A stretch of DNA of 64,000 nt from an uncultured virus (IMG/VR IMGVR_UViG_3300006736_000006) (taxonomy: Duplodnaviria; Heunggongvirae; Uroviricota; Caudoviricetes). The DNA is taken from IMG/VR virus record IMGVR_UViG_3300006736_000006; one strand, 5' to 3'. Within the stretch, counting starts at the first letter, position 1. Every line of letters starts with the position of its first letter. The position numbers and the translations under genes are program-made. The notes beneath the pieces are model-generated. The model was not told the origin of the DNA. It searched no databases and saw only the letters and a program-made list of their open reading frames with translations. Positions 18,539 through 29,089 of this stretch are shown piece after piece.

Positions 18539-19768
18539 TTAAAACTGATCTTCTTCTGTGGATTCGTTTAAAGCTAAAGTAGAAGATTCACCTTCACTAA
18601 TTATCTCTCTAACTGCATCAAAGTATCCTGTTCCAACCTCTCTCTGGTGCTTTGTTGCTGTATACCCAAAGTGCTCAGACATCATCTCATTATCTTGGAG
18701 CTCTACATATGCACTCATCGCATAATCCTTATATTTTCTAGATAATTCAAACATAGAGTGATTAAGGGAATGAAACCCTGCGAGTGTTACAAATTGAAAC
18801 TTATATCCCATCTTATTCAACTCATCTTGAAATATTGATATAGTAACTTCGTCAAGATTCTTTCTCCAGTTAAACGATGGAGAGCAATTATATGCAAGTA
18901 GTTTTCCAGGATATTTTTCATGAATAGCATTAGCAAACTTTCTAGCTTCATCAAGATCTGGTGTGGAAGTTTCACACCAAAGAAGATCAGCATACGGAGC
19001 GTATGCTAGACCTCTAGATATAGCCTGATCTATTCCGCCAGTAATTCTATAGAAACCCTCTCGTGTTCTTTCTCCTGACATAAATTGATGATCATATGGG
19101 TCTATATCAGATGTCATAAGCTTAGCACTATTTGCATCAGTTCTAGCTATAAGCACTGTAGAAACACCCATGACATCAGATGCGAGCCTGGCAGCTTTTA
19201 AAGTTTTAATAAATTGAGATGTCGGAACAAGAACTTTTCCTCCAAGATGGCCGCACTTTTTTTCAGAGCTTAGCTGATCCTCAAAATGAACTCCGGCGGC
19301 ACCTGACTCTATCATTGCTTTCATTAACTCATATGCGTTTAAGTGACCTCCAAATCCAGCCTCTGCGTCAGCTATAATTGGAACCATCCAATCACAGCTT
19401 CTAACTCCTTCAACGCTTTCAATCTGATCAGCCCTTTGAAGAGCCTGATTGATTCTCTTTACCACGCTTGGAACACTATTGGCAGGATATAAACTCTGAT
19501 CTGGATACATATGACCCGACAGATTAGCATCTGCTGCGACCTGCCACCCAGAAAGATAAATAGCCTTAAGCCCAGCTCGAACTTGTTGAACAGCCTGGTT
19601 ACCAGTCAGCGCTCCTAATGCAGAAACACTTTCTTTCGAAAGCAAAAGATCCCATAATTTTTCTGATCCCTCCTTTGCCAAAGAGTACTCTATTCTTACT
19701 CTACCCCTAAGCTTATCGACATCTGACTGACTCCACGTTCTTATTGTGTTTTTCTTATCATTCATCAT
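18539..19768 (-). CDS. aceA: Isocitrate lyase
   Basis: [33 protein letters not shown] active site, [11 protein letters not shown] and [11 protein letters not shown]. Confidence 0.97.
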   Translation of the reverse strand: MMNDKKNTIRTWSQSDVDKLRGRVRIEYSLAKEGSEKLWDLLLSKESVSALGALTGNQAVQQVRAGLKAIYLSGWQVAADANLSGHMYPDQSLYPANSVPSVVKRINQALQRADQIESVEGVRSCDWMVPIIADAEAGFGGHLNAYELMKAMIESGAAGVHFEDQLSSEKKCGHLGGKVLVPTSQFIKTLKAARLASDVMGVSTVLIARTDANSAKLMTSDIDPYDHQFMSGERTREGFYRITGGIDQAISRGLAYAPYADLLWCETSTPDLDEARKFANAIHEKYPGKLLAYNCSPSFNWRKNLDEVTISIFQDELNKMGYKFQFVTLAGFHSLNHSMFELSRKYKDYAMSAYVELQDNEMMSEHFGYTATKHQREVGTGYFDAVREIISEGESSTLALNESTEEDQF

Positions 19769-19777
19769 TAAAGTTTC

Positions 19778-21328
19778 TCACCTTATATGTTCATAAGCAT
19801 CTATTGTTAAAAATTTAGGTAATTCATCTAAAAATACCATTTCTCTAAATAAACTCACAGATTCATCAAATTTTCCGCTATTAAATCTATCTGATCCAAC
19901 TTCTCTCTCTATGTTCTCGAGGACTTCTGAAATCTTTCTATTGATCATGTGTACATCTATTATCTCACCAGACTCTACAGAGCAATTATGTTTTCTCCAT
20001 TGCCACACCTGTGTTCTTGAAATCTCTGCTGTAGCTGCATCTTCCATTAAATTATAAAGAGGAACACATCCATTTCCTCTTAGCCAAGATTCAATATATT
20101 GAATCCCAACACTTAGGTTATGATACAAACCTTTCTCAGATATAGATCCTAATGGCACCCTAAGCAGATCTTCCCTAGAGGCCTTGTGTCCTTTTGAATT
20201 ATTTATCTGATTTGAATTTGGCATATACGAATCAAAAATTTCCTTTGCCACCTGTATTAGTCCTGGGTGAGCGACCCATGTTCCATCATGCCCTAAGAGA
20301 ACTTCCCTAAGTTTGTCCTCTCTAACCTTTTTGATAGCTGCACTATTTCCATCTTCATCGTTTTTAATTGGAATCTGCGCAGCCATTCCTCCCATAGCAT
20401 GTGCACCCCTTTTGTGACATGTATGAACTAAAAGCTCAGAATAAGATTTCATACAGTGAGACGTCATGGTGACCTGATCTCTATCAGGAAAGATTCTTTC
20501 GTTATGATTTCTAACTGTTTTTATGAAGCTAAAAATATAATCCCATCTTCCACAGTTAAGACCCGCAGAGTGATCTTTAAGCTCATAAAGAATCTCATCC
20601 ATTTGAAATGCTGCAGGAAGAGTTTCAATTAGAACTGTTGCCTTAATTGATTTTCTAGGAATATTTAGTCTATCCTGTGTCCAGTTAAATACGTCATTCC
20701 ACCACCCAGCTTCAGAATGATGTTCTAGTTTAGGAAGATAGAAAAATGGACCTCTTTTTCTTTCCAAAAGAATTTTAGCATTATGAAACATAAATAGCCC
20801 AAAATCAAAAAGTGAAGCTGGAACTTGATTACCGTCTACAAGAAAGTGAGATTCTTTTAAATGAAGCCCTCTAGGGCGGACAAATAAAACAGCATGATCT
20901 GAATTAAGTCTATATGTTCCCTTTGTTGGATGTTCATAAGATATTGTTTCTCTTACAGCATCCTTCAAATTTAACTGACCATTTATGATATTTTCCCACG
21001 TTGGAGAAAGTGAATCTTCGAAGTCTGCCATAAAAACATTTGCACCAGAATTTAATGCATTTATAACCATTTTTCTATCTGTTGGACCGGTTATCTCAAC
21101 TCTTCTATCAAGTAAGCAACTAGGAATCTCAGATATTTTCCACTTCTCGTCTCTTGTATCTGCTGTATCAGGTGAGAAGTCCGGAAGATATCCTACATCA
21201 TAAAAATTTTGTCTTCCATCCCTGCTGCGTAAAAGGTCACCCAGTTGATCCCTAAATTCTCTTATAAGATCATGTAAAAAAATCTCCGCTTCATCAGTCA
21301 AGACATCTTCAATTATTTCACTTATCAT
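19778..21328 (-). CDS. aceB: Malate synthase A
   Basis: DRRVEITGP, ADFEDS, RPRG, YLPKLE, GLNCGRWDYIFS and LMEDAATAEISR. Confidence 0.97.
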   Translation of the reverse strand: MISEIIEDVLTDEAEIFLHDLIREFRDQLGDLLRSRDGRQNFYDVGYLPDFSPDTADTRDEKWKISEIPSCLLDRRVEITGPTDRKMVINALNSGANVFMADFEDSLSPTWENIINGQLNLKDAVRETISYEHPTKGTYRLNSDHAVLFVRPRGLHLKESHFLVDGNQVPASLFDFGLFMFHNAKILLERKRGPFFYLPKLEHHSEAGWWNDVFNWTQDRLNIPRKSIKATVLIETLPAAFQMDEILYELKDHSAGLNCGRWDYIFSFIKTVRNHNERIFPDRDQVTMTSHCMKSYSELLVHTCHKRGAHAMGGMAAQIPIKNDEDGNSAAIKKVREDKLREVLLGHDGTWVAHPGLIQVAKEIFDSYMPNSNQINNSKGHKASREDLLRVPLGSISEKGLYHNLSVGIQYIESWLRGNGCVPLYNLMEDAATAEISRTQVWQWRKHNCSVESGEIIDVHMINRKISEVLENIEREVGSDRFNSGKFDESVSLFREMVFLDELPKFLTIDAYEHIR

Positions 21329-21333
21329 TTATT

Positions 21334-22293
21334 TTATCTTTCCCTATCTGGGCAATAATTAACCAGTGTTTTTTTCACATCTTCTAACATAGTCTTTAAA
21401 TCTAGCCCGGCGCAATCAATTTTTGTTTTAACAAAATTATAGTGATTAACAAACCCATTATATTTACCCTTTACGCATTGATCGTAAACTGTTGTACACA
21501 GCTCTCCGTCACTATTTAATGGACACACAAGTGGAATTCCAATTCCAGTATGAATTGCCTTCCAAAGAGACCTTAAAGCTTCAAGCTGAACTGGATAAAA
21601 ATCTAAAAATGGTTTGAGTTTTCTTCCATGAACGTGGCCGTTCTCTTGAATAGGTCGTTCACCATGTCCGTGTTTAACATACCAGTCTTGATATTTTGTG
21701 TAATAAGCATTAGAAATCTCTACTCCAATACCTTTTGCATTTCCTCCGACACCGTTGCTAATTCCCGCATGCCATGCCTTGTGCTGAGTATCTAGCATTT
21801 GAAAAATTGTCCCATCGTTATCGATGAGAAAGTGAACAGATATTCCCCGCCTATTTAAGACCTTGGCACAGGAACCTGCGCTTAGACAGACATCCCAGTG
21901 ATTTACAAACATCGTGGGCTTTCTATCAGGCTTTCCTGCGTAATTTGTATAACACCCATCTTTCGATTTATATCCGCCCGACTCATCCCACAAAATAACC
22001 TTATCCCACTCGATAGGGATAAAATGGCCATTATGAACTATATGCTTATCCCCCATCTTGTAACTCTTCTTAAGCGGAAGAGCGTCCATCCAGTCAGTTA
22101 TGTTTGTCTCTCTTTCTGTCCATACCCGGCGATATGTAGCCGGACCAACCAATCCATCAGATTTAAGGCCCATATTTTTTTGCCATTTTTGAACAGCTTT
22201 AACCAAAAGAAAATCAAATTCTTCACAGCCGAACCAGGAAGGATCCCATCCAAGGCTATCTGCACTTGATTTATTATAAAAATCCTTGTCCAT
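21334..22293 (-). CDS. Endolysin-like N-acetylmuramoyl-L-alanine amidase with peptidoglycan-binding domain
   Basis: AVQKWQ..GL..DGLVGPAT PG-binding motif. Amidase_2 motifs SVHFLIDNDG, AWHAG, IGVE and NH...K.DC. Confidence 0.85.
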   Translation of the reverse strand: MDKDFYNKSSADSLGWDPSWFGCEEFDFLLVKAVQKWQKNMGLKSDGLVGPATYRRVWTERETNITDWMDALPLKKSYKMGDKHIVHNGHFIPIEWDKVILWDESGGYKSKDGCYTNYAGKPDRKPTMFVNHWDVCLSAGSCAKVLNRRGISVHFLIDNDGTIFQMLDTQHKAWHAGISNGVGGNAKGIGVEISNAYYTKYQDWYVKHGHGERPIQENGHVHGRKLKPFLDFYPVQLEALRSLWKAIHTGIGIPLVCPLNSDGELCTTVYDQCVKGKYNGFVNHYNFVKTKIDCAGLDLKTMLEDVKKTLVNYCPDRER

Positions 22294-22306
22294 TAATGCT
22301 CTCCAT

Positions 22307-22909
22307 TCATTCGAAGTCTATATCTACTGATATGTTTATATTCAATTTTGGAACCCTAATCTGGTTTGCCAACCCATGCTTTTTACACTCTGTTGCATCT
22401 AAAAACCAGTCAGCATGCCCCTTTTTATGAACTAATTTTAAAAAATAATTGTCTCTTTTTCTACAATTTCTAGCCATCATAGTATAAACTTTTTGATTTA
22501 ATCTCTCTGTTTCTTCAGCTGAGGCTTTTATCTCTTCTACCTTTCCTCGCTCCATAGATGATACATCATGAATCATTACTGTGGAGTCTGGATCCATAAA
22601 TCGAAGACCCTGTTTACCAAAACTAAATAAAATTGCTCCGCAAGACATTGCCTTTCCTTCAACAATTGTGGCGACAGGAATATCAGAATTATTGATTGCG
22701 CTTATCATGGACATAAGTGAATAAACTTGTCCTCCATATGAATCAATAATGACAGGAATTACAGACTGACCCGTATTATGAGCTAGTGCAATGTGCTCTT
22801 GAAATTCCTTTGCAGATTTTTCATCAAATTTATTAACAGTTATGATAACTGGATTCTTTCTTAATTCGACCTCTTTAATAAGAGGAGATATTTTACTAAC
22901 CCACTTCAT
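22307..22909 (-). CDS. clpP: ClpP-like serine protease
   Basis: IDSYGG, GKAMSCGA (catalytic Ser), VMIHD (His) and DWFL.A.E...GL. The likely start is MKWVSK at 22909. Confidence 0.85.
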   Translation of the reverse strand: MKWVSKISPLIKEVELRKNPVIITVNKFDEKSAKEFQEHIALAHNTGQSVIPVIIDSYGGQVYSLMSMISAINNSDIPVATIVEGKAMSCGAILFSFGKQGLRFMDPDSTVMIHDVSSMERGKVEEIKASAEETERLNQKVYTMMARNCRKRDNYFLKLVHKKGHADWFLDATECKKHGLANQIRVPKLNINISVDIDFE

Positions 22910-22917
22910 TATACCAC

Positions 22918-23000
22918 CTAGAAAGCAATAGACTCGCCGCACTCGCACGTTCGTGTCTTGGATTTTCAAAATGATCTAAAACTTTATCTGAGTACACCAT
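22918..23000 (-). pseudogene. iscU'-'iscA deletion remnant
   Basis: AAGGAG RBS, then MVYSDKVLDHFENPR (IscU N-terminus), then TRTCECGESIAF* in another frame (IscA/HesB C-terminus). Confidence 0.8.
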
Positions 23001-23020
23001 TTTATCTCCTTATCTATGTA

Positions 23021-25483
23021 TTATCCACACTTTCCAAAACCACACGCTGTGCATGTTACACAGCCCTCCTGATATCTTAGTGTATCTTCTGCACTACAAT
23101 TTCCACATGACGTCTTTCCAGGGACTGTTCCATCTTTTATGTAATTTTTAAGAACTCTAGCAATCACCTTTGAGAAGGAAAACATATCCATCTCTACATC
23201 TTTTTGAAGCTGTTCAACCACATAGTTGATCCTCGCTCCATGTCGAAGGGCGAGGGATATCGTCCTTGTATAGCCAGCATGATTAGGATTATCAAAGACT
23301 GACACTATGTCCTTGATCAAAATCTCTTCACCATTCTTTCCAATCTGGAGATCATATCTAGAATTCTTGGTCTTGTAATGATGTTTTATGATAGTTCCTT
23401 TCCTATATTTCCTGGGGATCTCTATGTATTTTTGTAAGCCTCCCATCACTTCATAGGGGCTACCATCCATCAATCCTACGAGAATTGTCCACGCCTGACC
23501 TTTAATTGTTGCATGATGGATTTGACATGGCAATTCTCCAGGCCTGACAGGAGCATCATGAGTTTTAAAGGCATTCTTTTCTGATCTGACTAATACTCCG
23601 GTTCTGCTTCCCTCTCTATAGACGGTTACTCCCTTGCATCCTAGCCTCCAGCCTTGCATATAGATGTCCTTAATTGTGTCAATAGATGTCTCAGAAGGAA
23701 CATTTGTTGTATTTGATATTGCGTGGCAGACCCACTTCTGTGCTGCTGCTTGCAGCTTAACCTTAGACACCCAGTCTATATCATCTGTTGTAGACTTCCA
23801 ATAGGGAGAATCTTCTACCTCAGTTTTTCCTGTTGCGTCCATCCATTTTTTAAATCCATGATGATAAACATCATATTCCTGCCACCGGTCTCCAACATCA
23901 TCTATAAAATCTACTCTGCCACCTGCATCACTTTCAGTAAGCTTCTTTCTTCTAGTATACTTCAAGAGATAAGCTGGCTCAATCCCAGACGTTGTTTGCG
24001 TCAATACGGAAACTGACCCTGCCGGTGCTGTTGTCGTGAGAGCTATATTTCTTCTTCCATATTTCTCATTCATATCTAGAAGCTTTGGATTTTCTTCCCA
24101 TATTCTTCTTAAAAATGGATGATATGTTTCCTTTCTAAAATCGTGAACTGGAAATGCTCCCCTCTCTTTTGCAAGAATACAAGAGGACATATATGAATTT
24201 ATACAAAGAGTCTTATAGATCTTTTCAACAATATCAATGGATGCTTTAGATCCGTATCTTACATTAAGTGCGGCAAGCGTATCACCAACTGAGGTCACAC
24301 CCAATCCTGTTCTTCTTCCGCGCCGGGCTCTATCTTTTATCTGTTTCCACATATTTTTTTCATTTAGCTTAACTATGTCAGGCTCAGGATCAGAGTTAAT
24401 TTTTTCAAGAATTTTATCTATCTGCTCTATTTCAAGATCAATCATATCATCCATTAGTCTCTGTGCTTTTTGCACAACCTCAGACATTTTCTTAAAATTA
24501 AATGCTGCACTATCACAAAATTCATCATCAACAAATGAAGAAAGATTTATCAACATCAGCCTACATGAATCATATGGAGATAAAATTATTTCTCCACATG
24601 GATTTGTAGAAACAGACCCAAATCCTTCATTTTCATAAATGTCAGAAGGTGTAAGCTGTTTTGCATTATCCCAGAAGAGAATTCCCGGCTCTGCAGAAGC
24701 ATGAGCTGACTCAATTATATCATTCCACAATTCTTTAGCTTTAGCTCTATCCTTTATCTTAGGTGTCTCTTCATCAACTGGCCATCTTAATTCTACATCT
24801 TCATCATCTACAACAGCATTCATAAACTCATCTGTTATTTTAATGGATATATTAGCACCTGTTACTCTTGTTAGATCTCTCTTAATCTTTATAAAGTCTC
24901 TAATTTGAGGATGGTGAACAGAGATAGTAAGCATAAGTGCTCCGCGACGTCCGCCCTGAGCCACCTCCCTGCAAGAATTTGAAAATCTATCCATAAAAAC
25001 TTCAATTCCATCTGTAGTCCTCGCACAATTTCCTGTTGACTGTCCTTTTGGTCTAATTGTCGATATATCAAATCCAACTCCTCCTCTACGTTTAGCTATT
25101 TGAACAAGCTCTTGATCGGTTTTTAGAATTCCACCATATGAGTCATGCGGAGGCTCTATCACAAAGCAATTAGATAAAGATTGAATTTGAAAATTATTTC
25201 CAATTCCCGCCATGGGACTTCCCTGAGGAACTATGTATTTGAAATCTTTTAGAAGAGAATATATCTCATCTTCGCTCATTGAATTTTCATACTTTCTTTC
25301 AATTCTAGAAAATTCCTTTGCTATTCTCTTGTGCATGTCATCGGGAGTTAATTCATAAAAATTTCCATCTCTATCACAAAGCGCATATTTTGTAGCGAAT
25401 ACATTTGCAGCGAGCTCATCTCCATCAAAATACTTTACGCTTTCATTAAAAACTTCATCGAAATTATACACGCTCGCTCCCAT
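23021..25483 (-). CDS. nrdJ: Adenosylcobalamin-dependent (class II) ribonucleotide reductase
   Basis: SLSNCFV, RRGA, TNPCGE, APAGS and KGVTVYR, with a C-terminal CxxC...EGC..C..CG zinc-ribbon. No beta-subunit gene nearby. Confidence 0.9.
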   Translation of the reverse strand: MGASVYNFDEVFNESVKYFDGDELAANVFATKYALCDRDGNFYELTPDDMHKRIAKEFSRIERKYENSMSEDEIYSLLKDFKYIVPQGSPMAGIGNNFQIQSLSNCFVIEPPHDSYGGILKTDQELVQIAKRRGGVGFDISTIRPKGQSTGNCARTTDGIEVFMDRFSNSCREVAQGGRRGALMLTISVHHPQIRDFIKIKRDLTRVTGANISIKITDEFMNAVVDDEDVELRWPVDEETPKIKDRAKAKELWNDIIESAHASAEPGILFWDNAKQLTPSDIYENEGFGSVSTNPCGEIILSPYDSCRLMLINLSSFVDDEFCDSAAFNFKKMSEVVQKAQRLMDDMIDLEIEQIDKILEKINSDPEPDIVKLNEKNMWKQIKDRARRGRRTGLGVTSVGDTLAALNVRYGSKASIDIVEKIYKTLCINSYMSSCILAKERGAFPVHDFRKETYHPFLRRIWEENPKLLDMNEKYGRRNIALTTTAPAGSVSVLTQTTSGIEPAYLLKYTRRKKLTESDAGGRVDFIDDVGDRWQEYDVYHHGFKKWMDATGKTEVEDSPYWKSTTDDIDWVSKVKLQAAAQKWVCHAISNTTNVPSETSIDTIKDIYMQGWRLGCKGVTVYREGSRTGVLVRSEKNAFKTHDAPVRPGELPCQIHHATIKGQAWTILVGLMDGSPYEVMGGLQKYIEIPRKYRKGTIIKHHYKTKNSRYDLQIGKNGEEILIKDIVSVFDNPNHAGYTRTISLALRHGARINYVVEQLQKDVEMDMFSFSKVIARVLKNYIKDGTVPGKTSCGNCSAEDTLRYQEGCVTCTACGFGKCG

Positions 25484-25499
25484 TCCTTCTAAAAATTTA

Positions 25500-26882
25500 T
25501 CACACGGCTGTGTCGCCGTTAACCTCTTTCCACTTATCTTTCAATAACTGCTTCATTGAGTTACTATCTGTCTCAATAACATCACCTAGCGTCATTTCCT
25601 CTGCATTTTCTACTACAAATAACTTTGATATAGATGTGTCCAGGTGAATAGGAAATAACACGCCATCCCTTCCGGCTCGATTTTTTGCTACAAATAGCCT
25701 ACCGCAACCTGATGCCTTTTCAGTGGGCTTTCTTGAAATAGAAAGGACTATATCTGCTACCATAGCTTTTCCATACGCCTCAGACATATTTTCTAATCCA
25801 ACAATTGAAGAATTAGCTGCATCTCTATTAGCTTGAGATGCGGTCCAGACTGGAACATTTAAACTCATAGCCAAGTTTCTAAGTTCCTCATATATAAGTT
25901 TTAATTCATGTCGCAAAGATTCAAACTTCCTAGTAGCCTTCATGATATCTGCATAATCAATAATTATCAGGCTGGGAACGAAAGACTTGAGTAAAAGCTT
26001 TTCAATGTGACTTTTAATTGTTAAAACGCTAGGATACCCTGTTGGGTATTCCTTAATGATAAGTCGACCTACGTCCATTCCCTCATACATTTTAATGACA
26101 TCTTCTTTTCTTTCTATTACTTCATCACTTGGAATATGACATAGATTGCTATCATATCTTATTCCGACAGCTCTTTCAGATAATTCAAATGTGTAATGCA
26201 CGACATTTTTCCCACGACGTAAAGCTTCACATCCTGCATGAACTAAGAAATGAGACTTTCCTACACCGGTATTTGCTATCATTACCCCAAGCTCTCCTCT
26301 TCCAAGCCCACCATTCAATATTCCTTTTTTATCTATTTGTGGAATTCCTGTAGGGCATGCTGATCTATTAATGATAGAAAATCTTGACTCATAGTCTTCA
26401 AAAAAATCATGACCTAGCGTGTTTGGCATTCCGACAGAAATAGCATCTTTCATAAGTGATACAACAGACTCATAGTCGTCAGAAGCAATGAGTTCAACTG
26501 ATTTCTCTAGCGCATCCTTAAGCGCCTGCTTTCTACAAAACTCTAATGTTTTATCTTTTACATACTGTAAATCTCCAGGATTTGGATTTGTTTTTACTCT
26601 ATGCAAAAATTCAACAATTTGATCTCTTAATATTGCGTCATTTCCCTCTCTTAGGTCATCACGTATGATTGAAACGAGCAAAGATAGGGTGGGAAAAGAC
26701 TTATATTTTTCATAATATTTAAAATATCTTTCTGTCAAGTATTTTAAATATCTTAAATCAAAATATTCAGACGTCATCACGTCCGACATCTGGGTAGACC
26801 ACTGATGATCTATAAGAAAGCACTGAAAAATCTTTTCTTGAAATTGTTTTCCATACTGCCCAAAGTATGATGAGTCAGACAT
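25500..26882 (-). CDS. Replicative helicase (DnaB / T4 gp41-like)
   Basis: ANTGVGKS, IIKEYPT, IIDYAD, WTASQANR and KNRAG. Confidence 0.92.
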   Translation of the reverse strand: MSDSSYFGQYGKQFQEKIFQCFLIDHQWSTQMSDVMTSEYFDLRYLKYLTERYFKYYEKYKSFPTLSLLVSIIRDDLREGNDAILRDQIVEFLHRVKTNPNPGDLQYVKDKTLEFCRKQALKDALEKSVELIASDDYESVVSLMKDAISVGMPNTLGHDFFEDYESRFSIINRSACPTGIPQIDKKGILNGGLGRGELGVMIANTGVGKSHFLVHAGCEALRRGKNVVHYTFELSERAVGIRYDSNLCHIPSDEVIERKEDVIKMYEGMDVGRLIIKEYPTGYPSVLTIKSHIEKLLLKSFVPSLIIIDYADIMKATRKFESLRHELKLIYEELRNLAMSLNVPVWTASQANRDAANSSIVGLENMSEAYGKAMVADIVLSISRKPTEKASGCGRLFVAKNRAGRDGVLFPIHLDTSISKLFVVENAEEMTLGDVIETDSNSMKQLLKDKWKEVNGDTAV

Positions 26883-27852
26883 TCTTTTTACCCATGTGAT
26901 TCATTGACAAAAACATTCTATCCACATTGAAGGTCTGAATACCTTCTTTAATTAAAGTTCTCATCACGTTTATTTTATTTCTTGAATCTGAAAAAGTATC
27001 AACAGAATTAACAATTTTAGATATCTGAAATTCTGATAAATTTGAAGTATCAAGATATATTAACTTCCAGTTTCTTCTTATTAAAGACTCTGACTCAGCT
27101 ATTCTTTCAAATGCTTTTATTTTGCTACCCTCTGATATGTTTTGCTTTGCTACTGCAATGATGTCTGATATCATGATATCTTCATCTGATAGTAATTCTG
27201 GAAATCTTTTAGCTAAAGTCTTGAATCCAACTCCCTTTACACCCGATATATTATCAGACGGGTCTCCGCAAATTGACTTAGCAAGACAAAAATTTCTAGG
27301 AGATATCTTAAACTTCTCCTTTACCTCTTTTTCTGTAACTAGTTTTTTCCAAGTTGGTGAATAAATAATTGTTTTTTTATCAAGAAGCTGATAAAAATCC
27401 TTATCAGAAGAAATTATTAACTTTCTACAATCACGAAGTCTGTACTTATTAAGATATCCTATCACATCATCTGCCTCACAATCTGGTATGTACAGCTGTT
27501 CTATTGGAAGATCCTTTATAATATTAACAAGTGTTGAAATCTGATGATTTCTATTTTCAATAGTATCAGGTATGTCGTCGTCATAATATCTATTAAGTCG
27601 CTCTGGACGTCGTCGAGACTTATAATCTTTAAATAAATTTCTTCTACGGGTGGACCCACCGCCTTCCCATACTACAATCATCTGCGCTGGTCTATACCTC
27701 TCTGCAAGATCTATTACTGCATAAAGAAATCCAACTATTCCACCCACGTGCTCACCATTTGAACTAACAGCTGGGTGTGCTACAAAATGTCTTGTAAAGA
27801 GATTTAGTGCATCAACCAAGATAACAAGATGTCTATCTTTTTCTTCCTGCAC
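26875..27852 (-). CDS. 5'-3' exonuclease / T4 RNase H-like flap endonuclease
   Basis: LVDALN, YKSRR, EADDVIG, SSDKDFYQL and GDPSDNISGVKGVG. Confidence 0.92.
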   Translation of the reverse strand: MQEEKDRHLVILVDALNLFTRHFVAHPAVSSNGEHVGGIVGFLYAVIDLAERYRPAQMIVVWEGGGSTRRRNLFKDYKSRRRPERLNRYYDDDIPDTIENRNHQISTLVNIIKDLPIEQLYIPDCEADDVIGYLNKYRLRDCRKLIISSDKDFYQLLDKKTIIYSPTWKKLVTEKEVKEKFKISPRNFCLAKSICGDPSDNISGVKGVGFKTLAKRFPELLSDEDIMISDIIAVAKQNISEGSKIKAFERIAESESLIRRNWKLIYLDTSNLSEFQISKIVNSVDTFSDSRNKINVMRTLIKEGIQTFNVDRMFLSMNHMGKKNV

Positions 27853-27855
27853 ATT

Positions 27856-29031
27856 CTAGCCTTCTGGATCAATTAATTCATCATCAATAGAATCTACTAA
27901 TGCACTTACCTCAACATATGAATTAACATCTACATCTAAATCATCATTATTCATACTTTTGACCATGACCTTTTCCAAAAGGTCATCTATATAATGGGAA
28001 TACTCTGGATTATTCATTATCTCATTAAACTTAGGTTTATGAAACTTCTTTTCAATTATACACTCACCTGTACCAGCATCTACAACAGACAGAGTCTTCC
28101 ACGATCCTGTTCCAGAAATAGATACCTCATTTCCGTCTACTATCTCTGGACCATGTTTTCTCAAAATATCGAATACTTGTTCATGCTCTTTTATACCGAC
28201 TCCGAAGTGTATCTCAAAGTCAATCTTTCTAAATGGTGCTGCAACCTTGTTCTTAATTGTCTTTGCAGAAACATGAATACCGATTACGTCATCGCCATCT
28301 TTTATCTGTTGCCCTGCACCGAGCTTAATTCTTGTAGAAGCATGAAACGGAATTGCCTTTCCGCCGGGCGTCGTCGTAGGATCACCAAACATGACACCAA
28401 TTTTTGTTCTAGTCTGATTCAAGATCACAAATAAGACGCTCTGATTTGCAATAACCCCCGTGATCTTTCGCATGCCCTTGGAGATCGCTCGGGCCTGCAG
28501 GCCAATTGATTCCTTGTCATAATCACCCAGAAGCTCTGCCTTAGGTGATGAGGCTGCCACAGAATCCCACACAATAGTAACTGGTATATCCTTATCCATT
28601 GCCTTTGCTTTCATAATGGTTGCTTCAGCAATAGACAAAACTTCTTCTGTGCAGTGTGTGTCAACATAGACAAAGCGCCTTGAAACATCAACACCAAGCA
28701 TTCCTAAATTTTCAACAGATGTGGCATTCTCTGTGTCGATATACACAACAATTCCACCCATCTGTTGTGTAGTCCTAGCGATCTGCGTTGCTATATGTGA
28801 CTTTCCAATTGACGGTGGGCCAAAGATCTCTACTATTCTTCCTTCAGGAAGACCTCCACCTCTTCTATTAGAACAGATATAATCAAGTAATCTTGACCCT
28901 GTAGAAATCCATCGCTTTACATGTGTTGGAGATTCATCATATGCAAGATTGTAAGCAATCCTGCTACCGTGTTCCTTGTTGAGTGACTGAATAAGATCAG
29001 ACGTAAAATCTTCTGTTCCTTTTGACGACAT
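27856..29031 (-). CDS. recA: RecA/UvsX recombinase
   Basis: GGLPEGRIVEIFGPPSIGKS, YIDTENA, WDSVAA, IGLQAR and TTPGGKAIPFHAS. Confidence 0.95.
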   Translation of the reverse strand: MSSKGTEDFTSDLIQSLNKEHGSRIAYNLAYDESPTHVKRWISTGSRLLDYICSNRRGGGLPEGRIVEIFGPPSIGKSHIATQIARTTQQMGGIVVYIDTENATSVENLGMLGVDVSRRFVYVDTHCTEEVLSIAEATIMKAKAMDKDIPVTIVWDSVAASSPKAELLGDYDKESIGLQARAISKGMRKITGVIANQSVLFVILNQTRTKIGVMFGDPTTTPGGKAIPFHASTRIKLGAGQQIKDGDDVIGIHVSAKTIKNKVAAPFRKIDFEIHFGVGIKEHEQVFDILRKHGPEIVDGNEVSISGTGSWKTLSVVDAGTGECIIEKKFHKPKFNEIMNNPEYSHYIDDLLEKVMVKSMNNDDLDVDVNSYVEVSALVDSIDDELIDPEG

Positions 29032-29089
29032 TATTTATTACCTAAGCATGTTATATCTTACACCTACGGTAGGACATTGTTCATAACGA

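Noticed and set aside
18539..21328. Cellular (host chromosome or prophage-flank) origin of the metabolic genes
   Set aside because: They are tightly interleaved with phage replication and lysis genes on one strand. No integrase, ribosomal or other housekeeping context is present.
22910..22969. N-terminal extension of ClpP in the ORF track (MKIQDTNVRV...)
   Set aside because: It reads through the iscU/iscA scar in a third frame from a TTG. The ATG at 22909 with an upstream AGGTGG is more plausible.
6390..29031. Inteins or introns in dnaE, nrdJ, helicase or recA
   Set aside because: Lengths are normal and motifs are contiguous. No C...HN-C/S/T intein boundaries or homing endonuclease motifs were seen.
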